A stretch of DNA of 64,000 bases from Eledone cirrhosa (Eukaryota). This document shows, piece by piece, positions 25,925 through 39,195 of the stretch; within the stretch, counting starts at the first letter, position 1; each line of letters begins with the position of its first letter. Below the pieces are notes generated by a model. That model was not told the DNA's origin and did not search any database. It was given only the letters and a program-made list of their open reading frames with translations. Location of the stretch: positions 20,708,001 to 20,772,000 of the forward strand of contig OZ024746.1 of the NCBI GenBank assembly GCA_964016885.1, read 5' to 3'. The position numbers were made by a program, and so were the translations under genes.

Positions 25925-26175
25925 GGGACATGGAAATACTCAGTTTGGTGCCCGAGTGTGCGGCTATCTCCCCGGGAGTGAGAGACCCCTAGTTCTTGTT
26001 AGGACATCATTCTAGGAGAAAGAAAACTCTGATGTAAAACCTACGACTCTATGGCAACCAAAGATGTTGACCTGTTCTTTTTAGATATCTGTAACTGTTG
26101 TTCAGAGAGTGAGATTAATCCAGTGCAAGGCCTTTCTCCAATTAAAAAGCTTCGAGTACAGCCATCACTTGATCT
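25925..26175 (+). mobile_element. Family A fragment (third unit of the train)
   Basis: TTCTAGGAGAAAGAAAACTCTGATGTAAAACCT..GATGTTGACCTGTTC matches 25460-25620. Confidence 0.75.
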
Positions 26176-26346
26176 AAGAAACTTTCACATGTCTTGCGTG
26201 AGGATGGCCTATTCTTTTTCTTTCGTCGAAGCATATGCAGAAAGGAATCTAAGTCCTAGGGAGCTCTAAAAGGTCATGTTTCTAACCCCCTATATATGAG
26301 AAAAAGGCCATGGGATAACTATTCTCAAAATCGAGATGCAGCCATT

Positions 26347-26449
<103 letters not shown>

Positions 26450-26524
26450 GCCATCTACATCTCAATTGCAGTAAGTTAGGAGGTGATTCGAGGACCTAGG
26501 ACGTCAGAGCTTAGTTGATATGAG

Positions 26525-26640
26525 CAACGTAAAACGAAGCGTTTTGGTCAAGGATACAACACGCCGCTCAATGCAGGAATAAACCCTTGACTTAATGATC
26601 GTCAACCCAACAGCCACATCATAGGCTACATGCCCTTACC
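26525..26640 (-). mobile_element. SINE family 3 head, degenerate
   Basis: Similar to 20970-21075. Confidence 0.65.
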
Positions 26641-26779
26641 ATGTCCTTACCATATCTATATATGGAAATGTTAAAATACATTCTCTAAGCGCTGAAAATA
26701 TAAAGTTAATATAATGAATGATCTGCTCAGATGTTATGCTAATAAAAACCGGTATTACACTTTGAACTTACTCAAGTAG

Positions 26780-26960
26780 TTGCTTGAACTGTCAGAAATA
26801 GCAGTCAGATCCATTCAAATCCTACCCAACCGTCTTAAGAATGAAAGGAAACTTTAGATAATCTAGTTGTAAATATACAAAAATTTAGATGAAACAGTTT
26901 TGATCATTGATCTTCTTAATGGGAGAGAAAATGAGGTTAAACAAGAACAACAACGACAAT
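26780..26960 (+). mobile_element. Dispersed repeat 3' part with (CAA)n tail
   Basis: TGTCAGAAATAGCAG..CTTAAGAA..GATCAT..AAACAAGAAC; related to ~49700-49890 and ~13765-13810. Confidence 0.55.
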
Positions 26961-27553
26961 AACATCAACAACTACGACAGTAACATCAACAACAACTATA
27001 TGACTCTAAAATGAAAAGTTTTGAATTTAATGTAATTTACAAAAATATTTGTGACCTATATGAAAGTGTTTTACAAACTGGAATGGAAACCTAAACACAG
27101 AATATCTTAAATGAGAACACCTCAGATTACCATGGAGCTGGTTTATATATACTTAGATATCTTTTATATATAGTTTATATAGTTTATGTAATTTAAAATT
27201 TCATCTAATTGATTCATAGCAACGTGATTGAATTTGAATTTCAGAGGCTGGATATTAATGAGAGAACTCGTTCGTGACCAAAACGGAGGGAAAGTATAAA
27301 GTTATGGACCACATGAGTGTAGCTTAACCTCAACAGTTCAGTTGAAAGAGTTAAAGATCAATATTCGATTATCAAAGTGCACGTATGAAACCTTAGATGA
27401 CTTATATATTTACTAATCAAATTATTAGGTGTGTGAACATATTTGACAATGTTGTTTGCTTAGTGAGCATTGTATAAAAGCCAGCATTGCATGACAGTGT
27501 TGAACGAATTTGACGTACAATTAATTTTCGCCTATTTTGCTCTTCAACAAATG

Positions 27554-27654
<101 letters not shown>

Positions 27655-27770
27655 ATATATATATACATACCAACAGAACATTCACAGTAAGTAGGCACTG
27701 TTCCTGATTCAGTAGGGTTTCTATATAACATTTTAAGTGATATTGGTAGCTGGCACACATATTATTAATA

Positions 27771-28887
27771 GGGCGGTAGATTGGCAATATCGGTTGAGCG
27801 TCGGACAACATGCTGTGTGGTATATAGTTACGTCCCTTTACATTCTACGCTCAAATCCCACCGAGGTTATCTTTGCTTTTCATCCTTACGGGGGTCGATA
27901 AAATAAACTACCAGTAATACACTGGGGTAGATTTATCGACTTTCCCCTCCCCTAAAGCTGTTGGTCTGCGCCTAAATCCGAAACCATTATTTCTAGTAAA
28001 TCCCAACCAGACTTTCAATAAGAGTTCGTTATATATTATTGAGTTTGCCTTTCATTGAGGTTGACTTTGCCTTTCATCCTTACAAGGTCGATAAAATAAA
28101 GTACCAGTAATACACTGGGTAATTGCTGGCCTTGTGCCTAAAGTAGAAACAGTTATATATTATTGAGTTTGATATATATATATTGTTGTAATGGATTATT
28201 TTTTATACTTCATACAAATTAGATTTCGTTAGTTGTAAAAGTTTGATTTTTATGTCCGTTATTGAAGGAATATAATACGGGTTAGAGGTGTCCTGATAAT
28301 ATATATGTTGTTTAAATGTTCTGAAGTTATAGAAATATGATATTAAAAGTTAAATTAAAGTACCAGTAAATCAATGGGGTCGATTTAATCGATTCCTCCC
28401 TTGATATAAAAAAAAAAGAAAATTGTTTTCCTTGTATCTAAATCAGAACCGGTTATTACAATGATCAGTAAGGTGGTAGATTGGCAATAATTGGTAGAGC
28501 ATCGGACAACAGACTTTACGGGATATAGTTACTACTTTTACGTTCTGAGCTCAAACCCCGCCGAGGTTAGCCGTAAGTACCCGTAACGTACTGGGGTCGA
28601 TTTAATCCCACTCCCTCCCAAAAATGTTGGCCTTGTGCTTAAATTAGAAACAATTATTTTGGGTTGGCAGTATCGGTAGAGAATCGAACATCATGCTTAG
28701 CGACATATAGTTATGTCCCTTTACGTTCTGAGTTCAAATCCCTACGAGGTTGGCTTTGTCTTTCATCTTTACGGGGTCGATAAAATATAGTACCCGTAGT
28801 GCACTGAGGTCAATTTAATCGACTTATCTCCCTCTTTCCACACAACCTCCAAAATGATTGGCCTTGTGCCTAAATCAGAAACCATTA
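27771..28887 (+). mobile_element. Cluster of ~5 same-orientation SINE family 1 copies/fragments
   Basis: Copies at ~27771-27990, 28056-28153, 28357-28457, 28471-28658, 28661-28887. Confidence 0.9.
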
Positions 28888-29282
28888 CTCCACTTATCAC
28901 TGTAAGCAAACAACACATTAACTGGGTTATAATTTAGATAAATATATATCTGATCTATTACGACAGACATTAAAAACAACTGGTATTAGTATATAATGAA
29001 ACACAATTCAGACACGAGATGATAGAACTGTTAATGATTATAGATTTCAAACTAGGAATACTGTCGCTTGTACAATGTTCGAAATAACAGCATTCTGCAA
29101 TGCGAAATATTGTTGGGAAAATGAGGAAATCAATAAAACGGGAAATATTATGGCTCTTTGTCATTAAACTGATATTATACAATATAAATATTAACATAAA
29201 CAATAGTTCATAACCATTCAGTACTGTTAGGTTGTGAAAGGACACACATCCACGTGTACACACATATACTATATTTATATAC

Positions 29283-29650
<368 letters not shown>

Positions 29651-29936
29651 GTGTGTGGGTCGTTCGGAAGGACAACATATCTGCAGCATATTTCACCTAA
29701 TTGGCATGTTGTTATAATGGCATACGTTTCCAGGAAACTGAAAAAGGAACTAAACTATTCAGTTCGGATGTTAATGGCAACCAAGTATGAAGAGACATGA
29801 ATAAATTATGGGACAACCCAAGTGTAACAACGACAATATATAATTTCTTTCTGCGGCTGTTGTGTTTCCATAACTCTATATTTACAACTATCATAAATGC
29901 ACGTTCAAGAACCAATTAAATGAAGTAGGTAAACAT

Positions 29937-30093
29937 GAGAGTCGGTTGAAAAGTTCATCGGTTCACCAAGATACTCTCATAGAATGACTAACTGAGATTC
30001 ATTTTTCAACATAGTCCCTCGAAATTAATGCATGCAAGATTTCATAGCTCTAGCATCAATACTTCATAGCCAGCCTATGAATTTCTCAGCCGA
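29937..30093. mobile_element. Mariner-type MITE (opposite orientation to 50008)
   Basis: GTCGGTTGAAAAGTTCAT..ATGAATTTCTCAGCCGAC terminal inverted repeats. Confidence 0.8.
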
Positions 30094-30117
30094 CAATAGT
30101 ACATATTACACTATAGA

Positions 30118-30437
30118 CAGCGAATTGGCAGAGGCCTTAGAACGACGGGTATAATGCTTTGCAGGTTTCATTTAGCCTCTCTGCTCTTTGAGTTCAAATC
30201 CCGTTGAGGTCAACTTTGCCTTTCATCCTTTCGAGGTCGATAAAAAAGTACCAGTCTAGTACTAGGATCCTATCTCTATATCTCTTTCGCACTTCCCCCT
30301 CTCTCAGATTGTCTATCCTTCTCTGGAAATCTGCTGTATGGAGTGGAGATGGGCTCTGCCGAGCTTAAAATGCCCACGAAACGCCATATGTCAATACGGC
30401 GCCCCTACGACTCCATCAGATGTTACGGAATAATAAC
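30118..30437 (+). mobile_element. SINE family 2
   Basis: TGGCAGAGGCC head, GAGTTCAAATCC, core, family-2 tail. Confidence 0.88.
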
Positions 30438-30637
30438 ATACTACACACTCTGCTTAAATAAATTAGAAAAACACATCTATTTGTATATGTGGTACAATTT
30501 ATGTACATATTATGTTTATCGCATATCGAAGTTTTTTTTTTATATCTTGGTTGATATTTGATAACACTGTAATATATTATGTCAACTTTTATAGTAAATT
30601 TTTTATCATGTCATAAGAGTCGATATAGATCGAACCT

Positions 30638-30668
30638 TGAGCTGATCAATAGCGAAACGCGCGTCACC
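30638..30668 (+). ncRNA. Damaged minimal hammerhead motif (Penelope pLTR type)
   Basis: TGA-GCT-gatcaat-AGC-GAAAC-GCGC-GTC; palindromic stem III; CUGA part of the core not intact. Confidence 0.5.
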
Positions 30669-31007
30669 AATCATAAACGTAATGAAGGCATAACAAACCG
30701 TTCTTGCATTATATATATATATATAAAATATAAAAAAAAAATGAATAAACAAAGAAACAGTTCCTTATATTAGAAACATTCATTATTTTACGATCGTTAT
30801 GATTTATTTTTACGATTTATTTTTCTAATATAAGGAACTGTTTCTTTGTTTATTCATTATTTTTTTAATATTTTATCTTGACTCTGTTTTCCGTTTATTT
30901 TTCACCGAAAGTAGTTTTTGAATGCATCTTCTCTTTTCATGATATCCGGATTACATTGAGTTCTTCATACGGATTGGACACTACCGTAAACTTTTGGTAG
31001 ATTTATC

Positions 31008-31077
<70 letters not shown>

Positions 31078-31174
31078 TCTGTTTATTAACCTGTTAGTTC
31101 TTTCGTTACTTTGGTATTGTGTGGTTGGGTTTTGCCTACCGCAATGTTCAATTTGTCAGTCAAGCTATTTAAAC

Positions 31175-31215
<41 letters not shown>

Positions 31216-31248
31216 TATATATATATATATATTATATATATATATCTA

Positions 31249-31331
<83 letters not shown>

Positions 31332-31440
31332 CAATATTATATATGAATAAATTAGGTGGGTATAATACCAGTTTCTTACCAAAGGCGAAGAAGTTCGATA
31401 TATTAACCCCTCATGAAAGGATATAGAGCAAATAAAAATA

Positions 31441-31477
<37 letters not shown>

Positions 31478-31480
<3 letters not shown>

Positions 31481-31722
31481 GAGGTGGAATTGGAGAAGGC
31501 CACTGGGACGGGGGATGCCGCCCCTAATAATTATATTTTTCTCCCCAAACTACCAAAACACACATCTATTTGGATATGCGCTAGAATTTATGTACAAGTT
31601 ATGCTTATCACATATCGAAGTTTTCTGACCATTTTAGAGTGCAAAGAGCTAAACTAATCACTACAACTAAATTGACCAAATTTGGCCCCCCATCCAATTC
31701 AGAAATACTTCCACCACCCCTG
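31478..31722. mobile_element. MITE-like element
   Basis: Imperfect TIRs AGGGAGGTGGAA..TTCCACCACCCCT; internal part repeated at ~30465-30535. Confidence 0.55.
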
Positions 31723-31874
31723 TTAGGTATAACAATTTTACTTATATACAAATAATTGGTTTGAAGATAACTAATAACATTTTATTAATACAATTTCAAA
31801 GCATTTTTGAACTACAATATGGTTATTTGGAAAGCGAGTGTGTATCAATTTCAGTGTCTTTAGCTTATTTATAT

Positions 31875-32195
31875 AGGAGTATCCACTTATGGTCAGGTAT
31901 ATTTCTGCCTGCTGCTAAGCTGGTTCCCTCACAAGACCCTAGTCTGGTGAGGTGGGTAAGTGGGATCCCAGCAGCACAAAAACAAGAGCCATTAAAAGGG
32001 TGGATGAACATTTTAGAGTCAACTGACATTCACCCCAACTATGGGTTAAATAACCTCACCAACCCGGAATTGGTCAAGCGTGGTGAGTATGTCCACACTC
32101 CTGAACACACGACCAAAACCAAACATTAATAGGTGGAGGTCAACTAGGGAGGGGTTCCACCAATAGGAGTGTGAAGGTCCTGGATTGGATTGTAC
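31875..32195 (+). mobile_element. RTE 5'-UTR-like fragment (relative of family A)
   Basis: TGGTGAGG..AAAAGGGTGGATGAAC..GAGTCAAC; second copy on minus strand at 54140-54420. Confidence 0.7.
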
Positions 32196-33831
32196 ATATA
32201 TTGTTGATGAACAGAAAACAACTTGCTGAACATCCTATTAAACAATTTGCTGATGCAGGGCTTTTCCACATTTATAATTTTTGTGCTTTAATTGCACTGT
32301 TCTTTATTTAAATAAACATACAACATTTATCTAAATTCACAAATTTAACCCTACCTCCTGTCTTTCATCACCCCTAATATACACAATTCAAAGAATCTAC
32401 TTTAAATACTTCACTTAGTTAAATCCCCATCGCTTCTACTTTCTCTTCAACAATTACAAATGCTATTTAAAATACAAATTAAACATAAACCGTACTAGTT
32501 CACTTCAGACGAGGCTATCTTCCAGTTTGATTGTTCATATACATACATAAGCACTAGCTGTCCCCCTCATAATAAATTATAGAGAAAAACAACAAAGGAA
32601 TGGTTGAATAATCATTGAACAGTCTAAAAGTCAGCTAACATACTTTTGATTCATCGAGCCATTTGTTCATATCATTTTATAGGCATTAAAATGATTTAGA
32701 AACCAACAAAACATAAATACGAAATCACAAATACTTATTTCGTTTATTAATCATGTGATTAATGTCAAACAAAAGCACCGAATTCCAGCCAGTCTATGTC
32801 TACAACACTACATTGTTCACACAAACAAGGGATATTAATTAGTCGATCGAAAAGTTTATTAGAGTGAAGGGTAGAAGTATTTTTCACAGAGAGCCCTCTC
32901 AGTTCAACAGATATCTTCAATTATGCACTGAATTGTATCCACCAGCAAAACAACAGATAATTATTTCCAGTCAAAATCAAACACCACATTCACCGGTTGG
33001 GTGCGGTACAAGTTAACGCCAGATGTATTAACGATATTACAAAATGCTTATGTTCGTAATAAATGAAGATAGGTCAACAGGTTAAATCACTTGTGTGTGG
33101 AAGGAAGATGTAAAGTCAGAGACGATAAATTCTATAAAGAAAATCGCTGATCTCAGTAAAAATTTATTAACCCTTTTGACTTCCTTTTATATTGAATACT
33201 ATTGACGGTTAATCTACCATAAAGAACAGTTTGGCGTTTGTGTATATGATAAAGAATTTCAAAATTTAGTAAGTTTTGGTAATTTAAAAACTCTTTATAA
33301 TGAAATTTTGAGAGAGCACTGCATAACATTACACACACACGATATATTTATATATTTATTGAAATTAGAATATAAATATATCAAGTAAAAAATAAATAAT
33401 AAAACAAAACAACAAAAGAGAGGGAAAGGAGGAAAGGGGAGAGGGTGACAGACTCTACACCTAAGTCAGCGAAAGAAATTGGGTTTAGTAAATTACACAA
33501 ACGCAAACACATAAGCTTATAGGTGAACAAATATGTTCGAGTGTATGTTTCTTTGTGTTTGTAGTTCTGTGTGTATATATTTGTATGTATATGTTTATGA
33601 GTGTTCAAATAAGTGTACAAACATACATTTGCACCCACAATACTTCACCTAAACAATACTCACGGGAAGGAGTTTGTATTAAGCAGTGCAAGCAATACAG
33701 CAAAGCCCTATTTGACATATCTGATGTTCTTTACAACTGTTAGCTGAACCAACCTTATGGCAACAACTTATAGTTAGGTCCGTACTGGATCAACAAGATC
33801 TTGTTCATGATTCTATTTGTACAAAAAACTC

Positions 33832-33897
33832 TTCACTTGTGTACTCATATTATCATCAGACAGTCTTGTCTGATAATTTTGTGAGTACACAGGTGAA
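33832..33897 (+). other. 66-nt stem-loop (pre-miRNA-like or tiny palindromic element)
   Basis: TTCACTTGTGTACTCAT pairs with GTGAGTACACAGGTGAA; inner TCAGACA/TGTCTGA stem. Confidence 0.5.
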
Positions 33898-34335
33898 ACC
33901 CCAGAGTAACAAGCCTCATCATTTAGCCTTAATAAAGTACATATGTTTTCTATAAAAGTGATGAAGAGGAGAAATAGACAAATTAACAAAAGAAGAAGAG
34001 TGGGGTCGCGTGTGTCACGGATAAGATAGCAAGATAGGAAGCATACAGAACTCTGTTGTCATCGGTCGTAGAAATAAACGTACATAGTTTCGACCCGTAC
34101 CATATATATTCAAGTTAAAACGATATATAGAATTGTTTTTATATATACCACCTTGAAGTAAGTATATTTATTATTTGTTCTATATATATATATGTATAAA
34201 ATACTATTTCCCAATTTTGATATATAAAAAACCTTTATATATCGTTTAAAATTGTATAATTGATACTCTGAGCTAATGGTCATTAAACGTTTTTGTTGAG
34301 GAACACAATCGATATATATATATATTATATGTATA

Positions 34336-34526
34336 TAATTGTTTCTACTTTTGGCACAAGGCCAGCAATTATCCCAGTACATTACTGGTACTTTATTTCA
34401 TCGACCCCGTAAGGATGAAAGGCAAAGTGAACCTCGGCTGGATTTGAACTCTGATTATAAAGGGGCGTAACTCTATGCTGCAAAGTATGGCGTCCGACCT
34501 CCAACCGATACTGCCAATCCCCCGCC
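34336..34526 (-). mobile_element. SINE family 1, short-tail variant
   Basis: Complete reverse-complement copy. Confidence 0.92.
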
Positions 34527-34551
34527 CTATGTATATAATAAACTTAAATAT

Positions 34552-34667
<116 letters not shown>

Positions 34668-34999
34668 ATCTCATACACAAAAGTGGAAATTTTACATGTT
34701 GCCCATCAAAAAATACTTGATTCCTTCTAGGAAGCATCTTCTGCAGAATACAAGCTATTCAAGCGATCTGATCTACAGCAAGGAATTTCTTGCAAATCCT
34801 TTCCCATACTCACACGTTCGCCACTATCGATTATATCTTTACTACTGTACAACAACAAACATAGATAGAAATATTTCCATTCTTGATCACTTTCCTGCTG
34901 TAATAAACATTTTTATTGACACTCTCCTAGCTTAGGGTGAAGCCATTTTTATTTGATATCAGATATAGGTATGTATATAAGCATGTGTATATATGTATA

Positions 35000-35002
35000 T
35001 AT

Positions 35003-35082
<80 letters not shown>

Positions 35083-35157
35083 GTATATATATTTATGCTT
35101 ATGTACGCATGCATGTATGGTCGTTCATATATATATAATATATATATATATATATAC

Positions 35158-35205
<48 letters not shown>

Positions 35206-35264
35206 ATATATATATAATATGTATATAATATTTATATATATATATATATATAATATGTATATAA

Positions 35265-35309
<45 letters not shown>

Positions 35310-35362
35310 TATAATATGTATATATATATAATATATATATAATATATATAATATGTATATAA

Positions 35363-35409
<47 letters not shown>

Positions 35410-35676
35410 TATAATATGTATATATATATAATATATATATAATATATATAATATGTATATATATATAATATGTATATATATATAATATATATATAATATG
35501 TATATATATATAATATGTATATATATATAATATATATATAATATATATATAATATATATATGTATATATATATATATAATATATATATATATATAAATAT
35601 ATATATATAAATATATATATATAAATATATATATATAAATATATATATATAAATATATATATAAATATATATATAT
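35000..35676. repeat. Long interrupted (TA)n tract
   Basis: Direct. Confidence 0.97.
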
Positions 35677-36009
35677 ATTCTCTGGTTGGTATTTTCAATA
35701 ACTAGCTATAGAATAGAATAGTTTTGATTGACAGATAGTTGCTCTAAAGTAGTAATATAAATGACAATGAAACAGAAGCATCAATGTTAACTCTTGTGAT
35801 TAGTTTACTGAGAAATGTTGAATAATGTAGTTGTTTGTTGCTAAAGTAAAAAACAACGTAATGTGTAGATAGCTTTAATGGGATATAATTTCAAATGATA
35901 GATTGTGAATTCACACAAGTTGGCTCAATGTATAAGAATTGTGCATATGAATGTATGGGAGATAGAGAAAAGCCTGTAAACTGATATAGAGACAGAATGA
36001 ACAAGTGTG

Positions 36010-36050
<41 letters not shown>

Positions 36051-36228
36051 GAGAGAGAGAGAGAGTGATATATATATATATATAAACCAACAACTTAATT
36101 TATAAAAAAAAAAAAAAATTTCTTTAAGAAAATTTTTTCTAATCCGGAACAAAATTCTTTTTGGATTTTGTGAAGAAAATAAATTTGTTGAAAGCACAAG
36201 TGAAGCCATTTTTTTCTTCCCCCCTATC

Positions 36229-36265
<37 letters not shown>

Positions 36266-36334
36266 AAAAAGGGATGAAATCGAAAATGCAACTGAAGTCT
36301 TATTTTTTTTAAAAATATATATATTTATTTGGTT

Positions 36335-36372
36335 CCTTTACCGGTTTCGCAGTTCTTCTGCTTTTCAAAAGG
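36335..36372 (-). ncRNA. Minimal type I hammerhead ribozyme candidate, U3-A8 variant (mirror copy)
   Basis: Exact reverse complement of 36452-36489. Confidence 0.7.
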
Positions 36373-36451
36373 TGAGTTGAGATGGAGGGTCTGTGGTTTT
36401 TCTCACATCTCACAGATGTAAGAAAAACCACAGACCCTCCATCTCAACTCA

Positions 36452-36489
36452 CCTTTTGAAAAGCAGAAGAACTGCGAAACCGGTAAAGG
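36452..36489 (+). ncRNA. Minimal type I hammerhead ribozyme candidate, U3-A8 variant
   Basis: CCTT-TTGAAAA-GCAG-aagaa-CTGC-GAAA-CCGG-TA-AAGG: stem I, variant core, stem II, palindromic stem III, GUA site; AATAAA downstream. Confidence 0.7.
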
Positions 36490-36588
36490 AACCAAATAAA
36501 TATATATATTTAAAAAAAAATAAGACTTCAGTTGCATTTTCGATTTCATCCCTTTTTCTTTATACTTCCACTGTAAAAAAAACCTCAC

Positions 36589-36646
<58 letters not shown>

Positions 36647-36868
36647 GGAGAGAGAGAGAGAAGTGGATGACAATATTAGAGAAATATGAAATAACGAGAA
36701 AATAAAATCTTGGTTGTTGTGTATGCTGTGTGTGTGTGTGCATGTACGTATTTTCAAATGATTTAGAAAGTGTGTAACAATGCAAATGAGAAATGTAGAT
36801 ATAATAGTTATTGGTATGTATGTATGTATCTATGGTCACCCTCTCTCTTTCGCTCTCTTTCTCTCTCT

Positions 36869-36918
<50 letters not shown>

Positions 36919-36945
36919 ATATATATATATACATACATCTACATC

Positions 36946-37010
<65 letters not shown>

Positions 37011-37247
37011 GAGTGTGTGTGTATGTATATATATATATGGTAAGAATGGCGTTTGAAAGATAAACAGAAGAAATGTCAAGAGAAAGAAAGAGAAACACTA
37101 TAAGACAGAAGACACAGAGATAACGAACGAGAGCAAAAGAGAGGGATAAGAGATAAATCGCTCTAATAAGTTTAATTACAGAAAGAATGCAACATTGACT
37201 GCAAGAATGAATTTAGAAGAATTCTTGAATTGAAGAAATATTCATTT

Positions 37248-37610
37248 ACTTAGGCCTAGCCGCCGCCCTTGCTAAGGCTTCAGAGTTCCTATTCAACACG
37301 TCCTTGGCTATAGTTGCCAACATCGGTTCCTGGACAGATTCCAAGCGAGTATCCTGCTTCAAATTGTTAGCGTATGTGAAACGATGCCCAGCAGACCTCC
37401 CCTAATTTGTGAATCCTACAGGACTAGCTTCGAAAGTTTCTGCAAGATATCGTCAACAATATCTTGAGAAACAGAGTCGACATTCTCTGATATTCTCACT
37501 TACTTGCAATCGTTTGTCAAGTTTTGTTACCACTACGCATCAAGTGCCACACTTAACATCCTTGTTTGCCAGCCATTAAGACACTTTTTTTAAAAAATTC
37601 GCATCCATGT
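37248..37610 (-). mobile_element. RTE-clade LINE 3' fragment (degenerate)
   Basis: Minus strand SKLVL..GRSAGHRFTYANNLKQDTRLESVQE..ALARAAARP. Confidence 0.65.
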
Positions 37611-39195
37611 CGCGCTAACATATAAAAGCACCGAGTCAACAGTGATTAGGAACTACCATATCTTTGTTCTTCTTGACAGAAGTAACGACCCAAACAAATT
37701 ATATCTCAACACACACAAAATATCATTTGTAAATTGCATTCGAATAAATTACAAATAGACATTTATAGATAAGATGGACAAATGAACCGAAAGAAAGAAA
37801 GAACAACAAACGAACAAACAAAACAAACAAAAGAAAAATTGATATAGACGGCGACATCTGAATAAATATGAGTTTAGAAAAATGCTTCCTTAGAGAAATA
37901 ATAGAAAATTTAGAGAATTGAGACAAAAAACAAAAAAAAAAACAAAAAAAAAAACAAAAAACGAAAATGTAAACAAACTAATGAGAAAAATAGAAAATAT
38001 ATCAAACTTCTATTTTGCCGAGTTTATATAAAAATTGGCGACAACAAAAATAAAAGTAGAATAAATTTAATAATAAAAATACGCTTTTATTAAAAAAATG
38101 TATTTTAAAACATTTATCACTATTTTTTTTTATTATCCATTTGATACGATCGATCATATACTTTTGACGGAGTGGGGATGTTGCTGGTTCTTGAAGATTT
38201 CGTGTATATCATGGACTTACTAACACATAAAAGAATTCATTTCAAAACTATTTCTAGTAGTCTGAACCCATGACAATATAGCGAACGTTGGATTGCGAGA
38301 ATCGGTAGAGCGTCGAAGAAAATACTTTGAAAATGTGGCTTACAGTCTTTATGATTTGAATTCTCGACGAATTTGAGATACACATCACTAAAACTATATC
38401 TTCATCTATTACAAACACATCTGAAACAATTTCAACCATCACCACCACCGCCGCCTTCACCACCATCACTTACAACAAGAAGAAGAATACAATAAAAAGA
38501 ACAACAACAAAACACCAAACATTGCACTATTGAGAAACACAAAGATCTGATGTCAGTGTTTGTTTAATTTCATAAGCAATGAGTTTTAAATAAAAAATGC
38601 TGGAAAAGGAAAATGACATTTCATAATACTAATAAAAGAACGGGTACAATTGAAAACAGAAATATAACTAATTTTACTGGAAATATAAAAAAACAACACT
38701 TCTTAAATAACAAATAGATTAAATTACAATATTAAAAGTAGGAATAAATAGATTAAATTAAATATTTGACTGTTTAGTGTGCAGCATGGTGTTCAAATTA
38801 TGCCGAATAAAACAATTATTTAATGAAAAAATTATTTTGTTCTGTCTGAAAAACGTTTGTAGCAGCCGCATAACGTTTATAAATTTCAAGGTGGATAAAC
38901 ACTGAAACAGTTCTTAAACAAATTGTTTACATTTTTAGGACAATGTTTCGTTTTCGAAAATTTGATAATAAAAGTGGACCTACATGTAATGTGGCAACAA
39001 GAATTTAAAATAAATAACAAACATCTAATGTAAAATAAATATCCTTTAATCGTCTGCAATATGGGGTCGCTACTGAAGATTGTCTTTATGTAGCATTTCC
39101 ATAAGATACTATATATAGTATTACAGAGAATGTAGCATTTCCATAAGATACTATATATAGAATTAGAGAGACACATACATCACTTCATCCATCGT

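Larger units (their letters stand above)
36259..36564. repeat. Near-perfect palindrome, ~150-bp arms, 3-nt loop (inverted Penelope-like pseudo-LTR)
   Basis: 36259-36410 is the reverse complement of 36414-36564 except one substitution near the centre and homopolymer differences. Confidence 0.95.
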
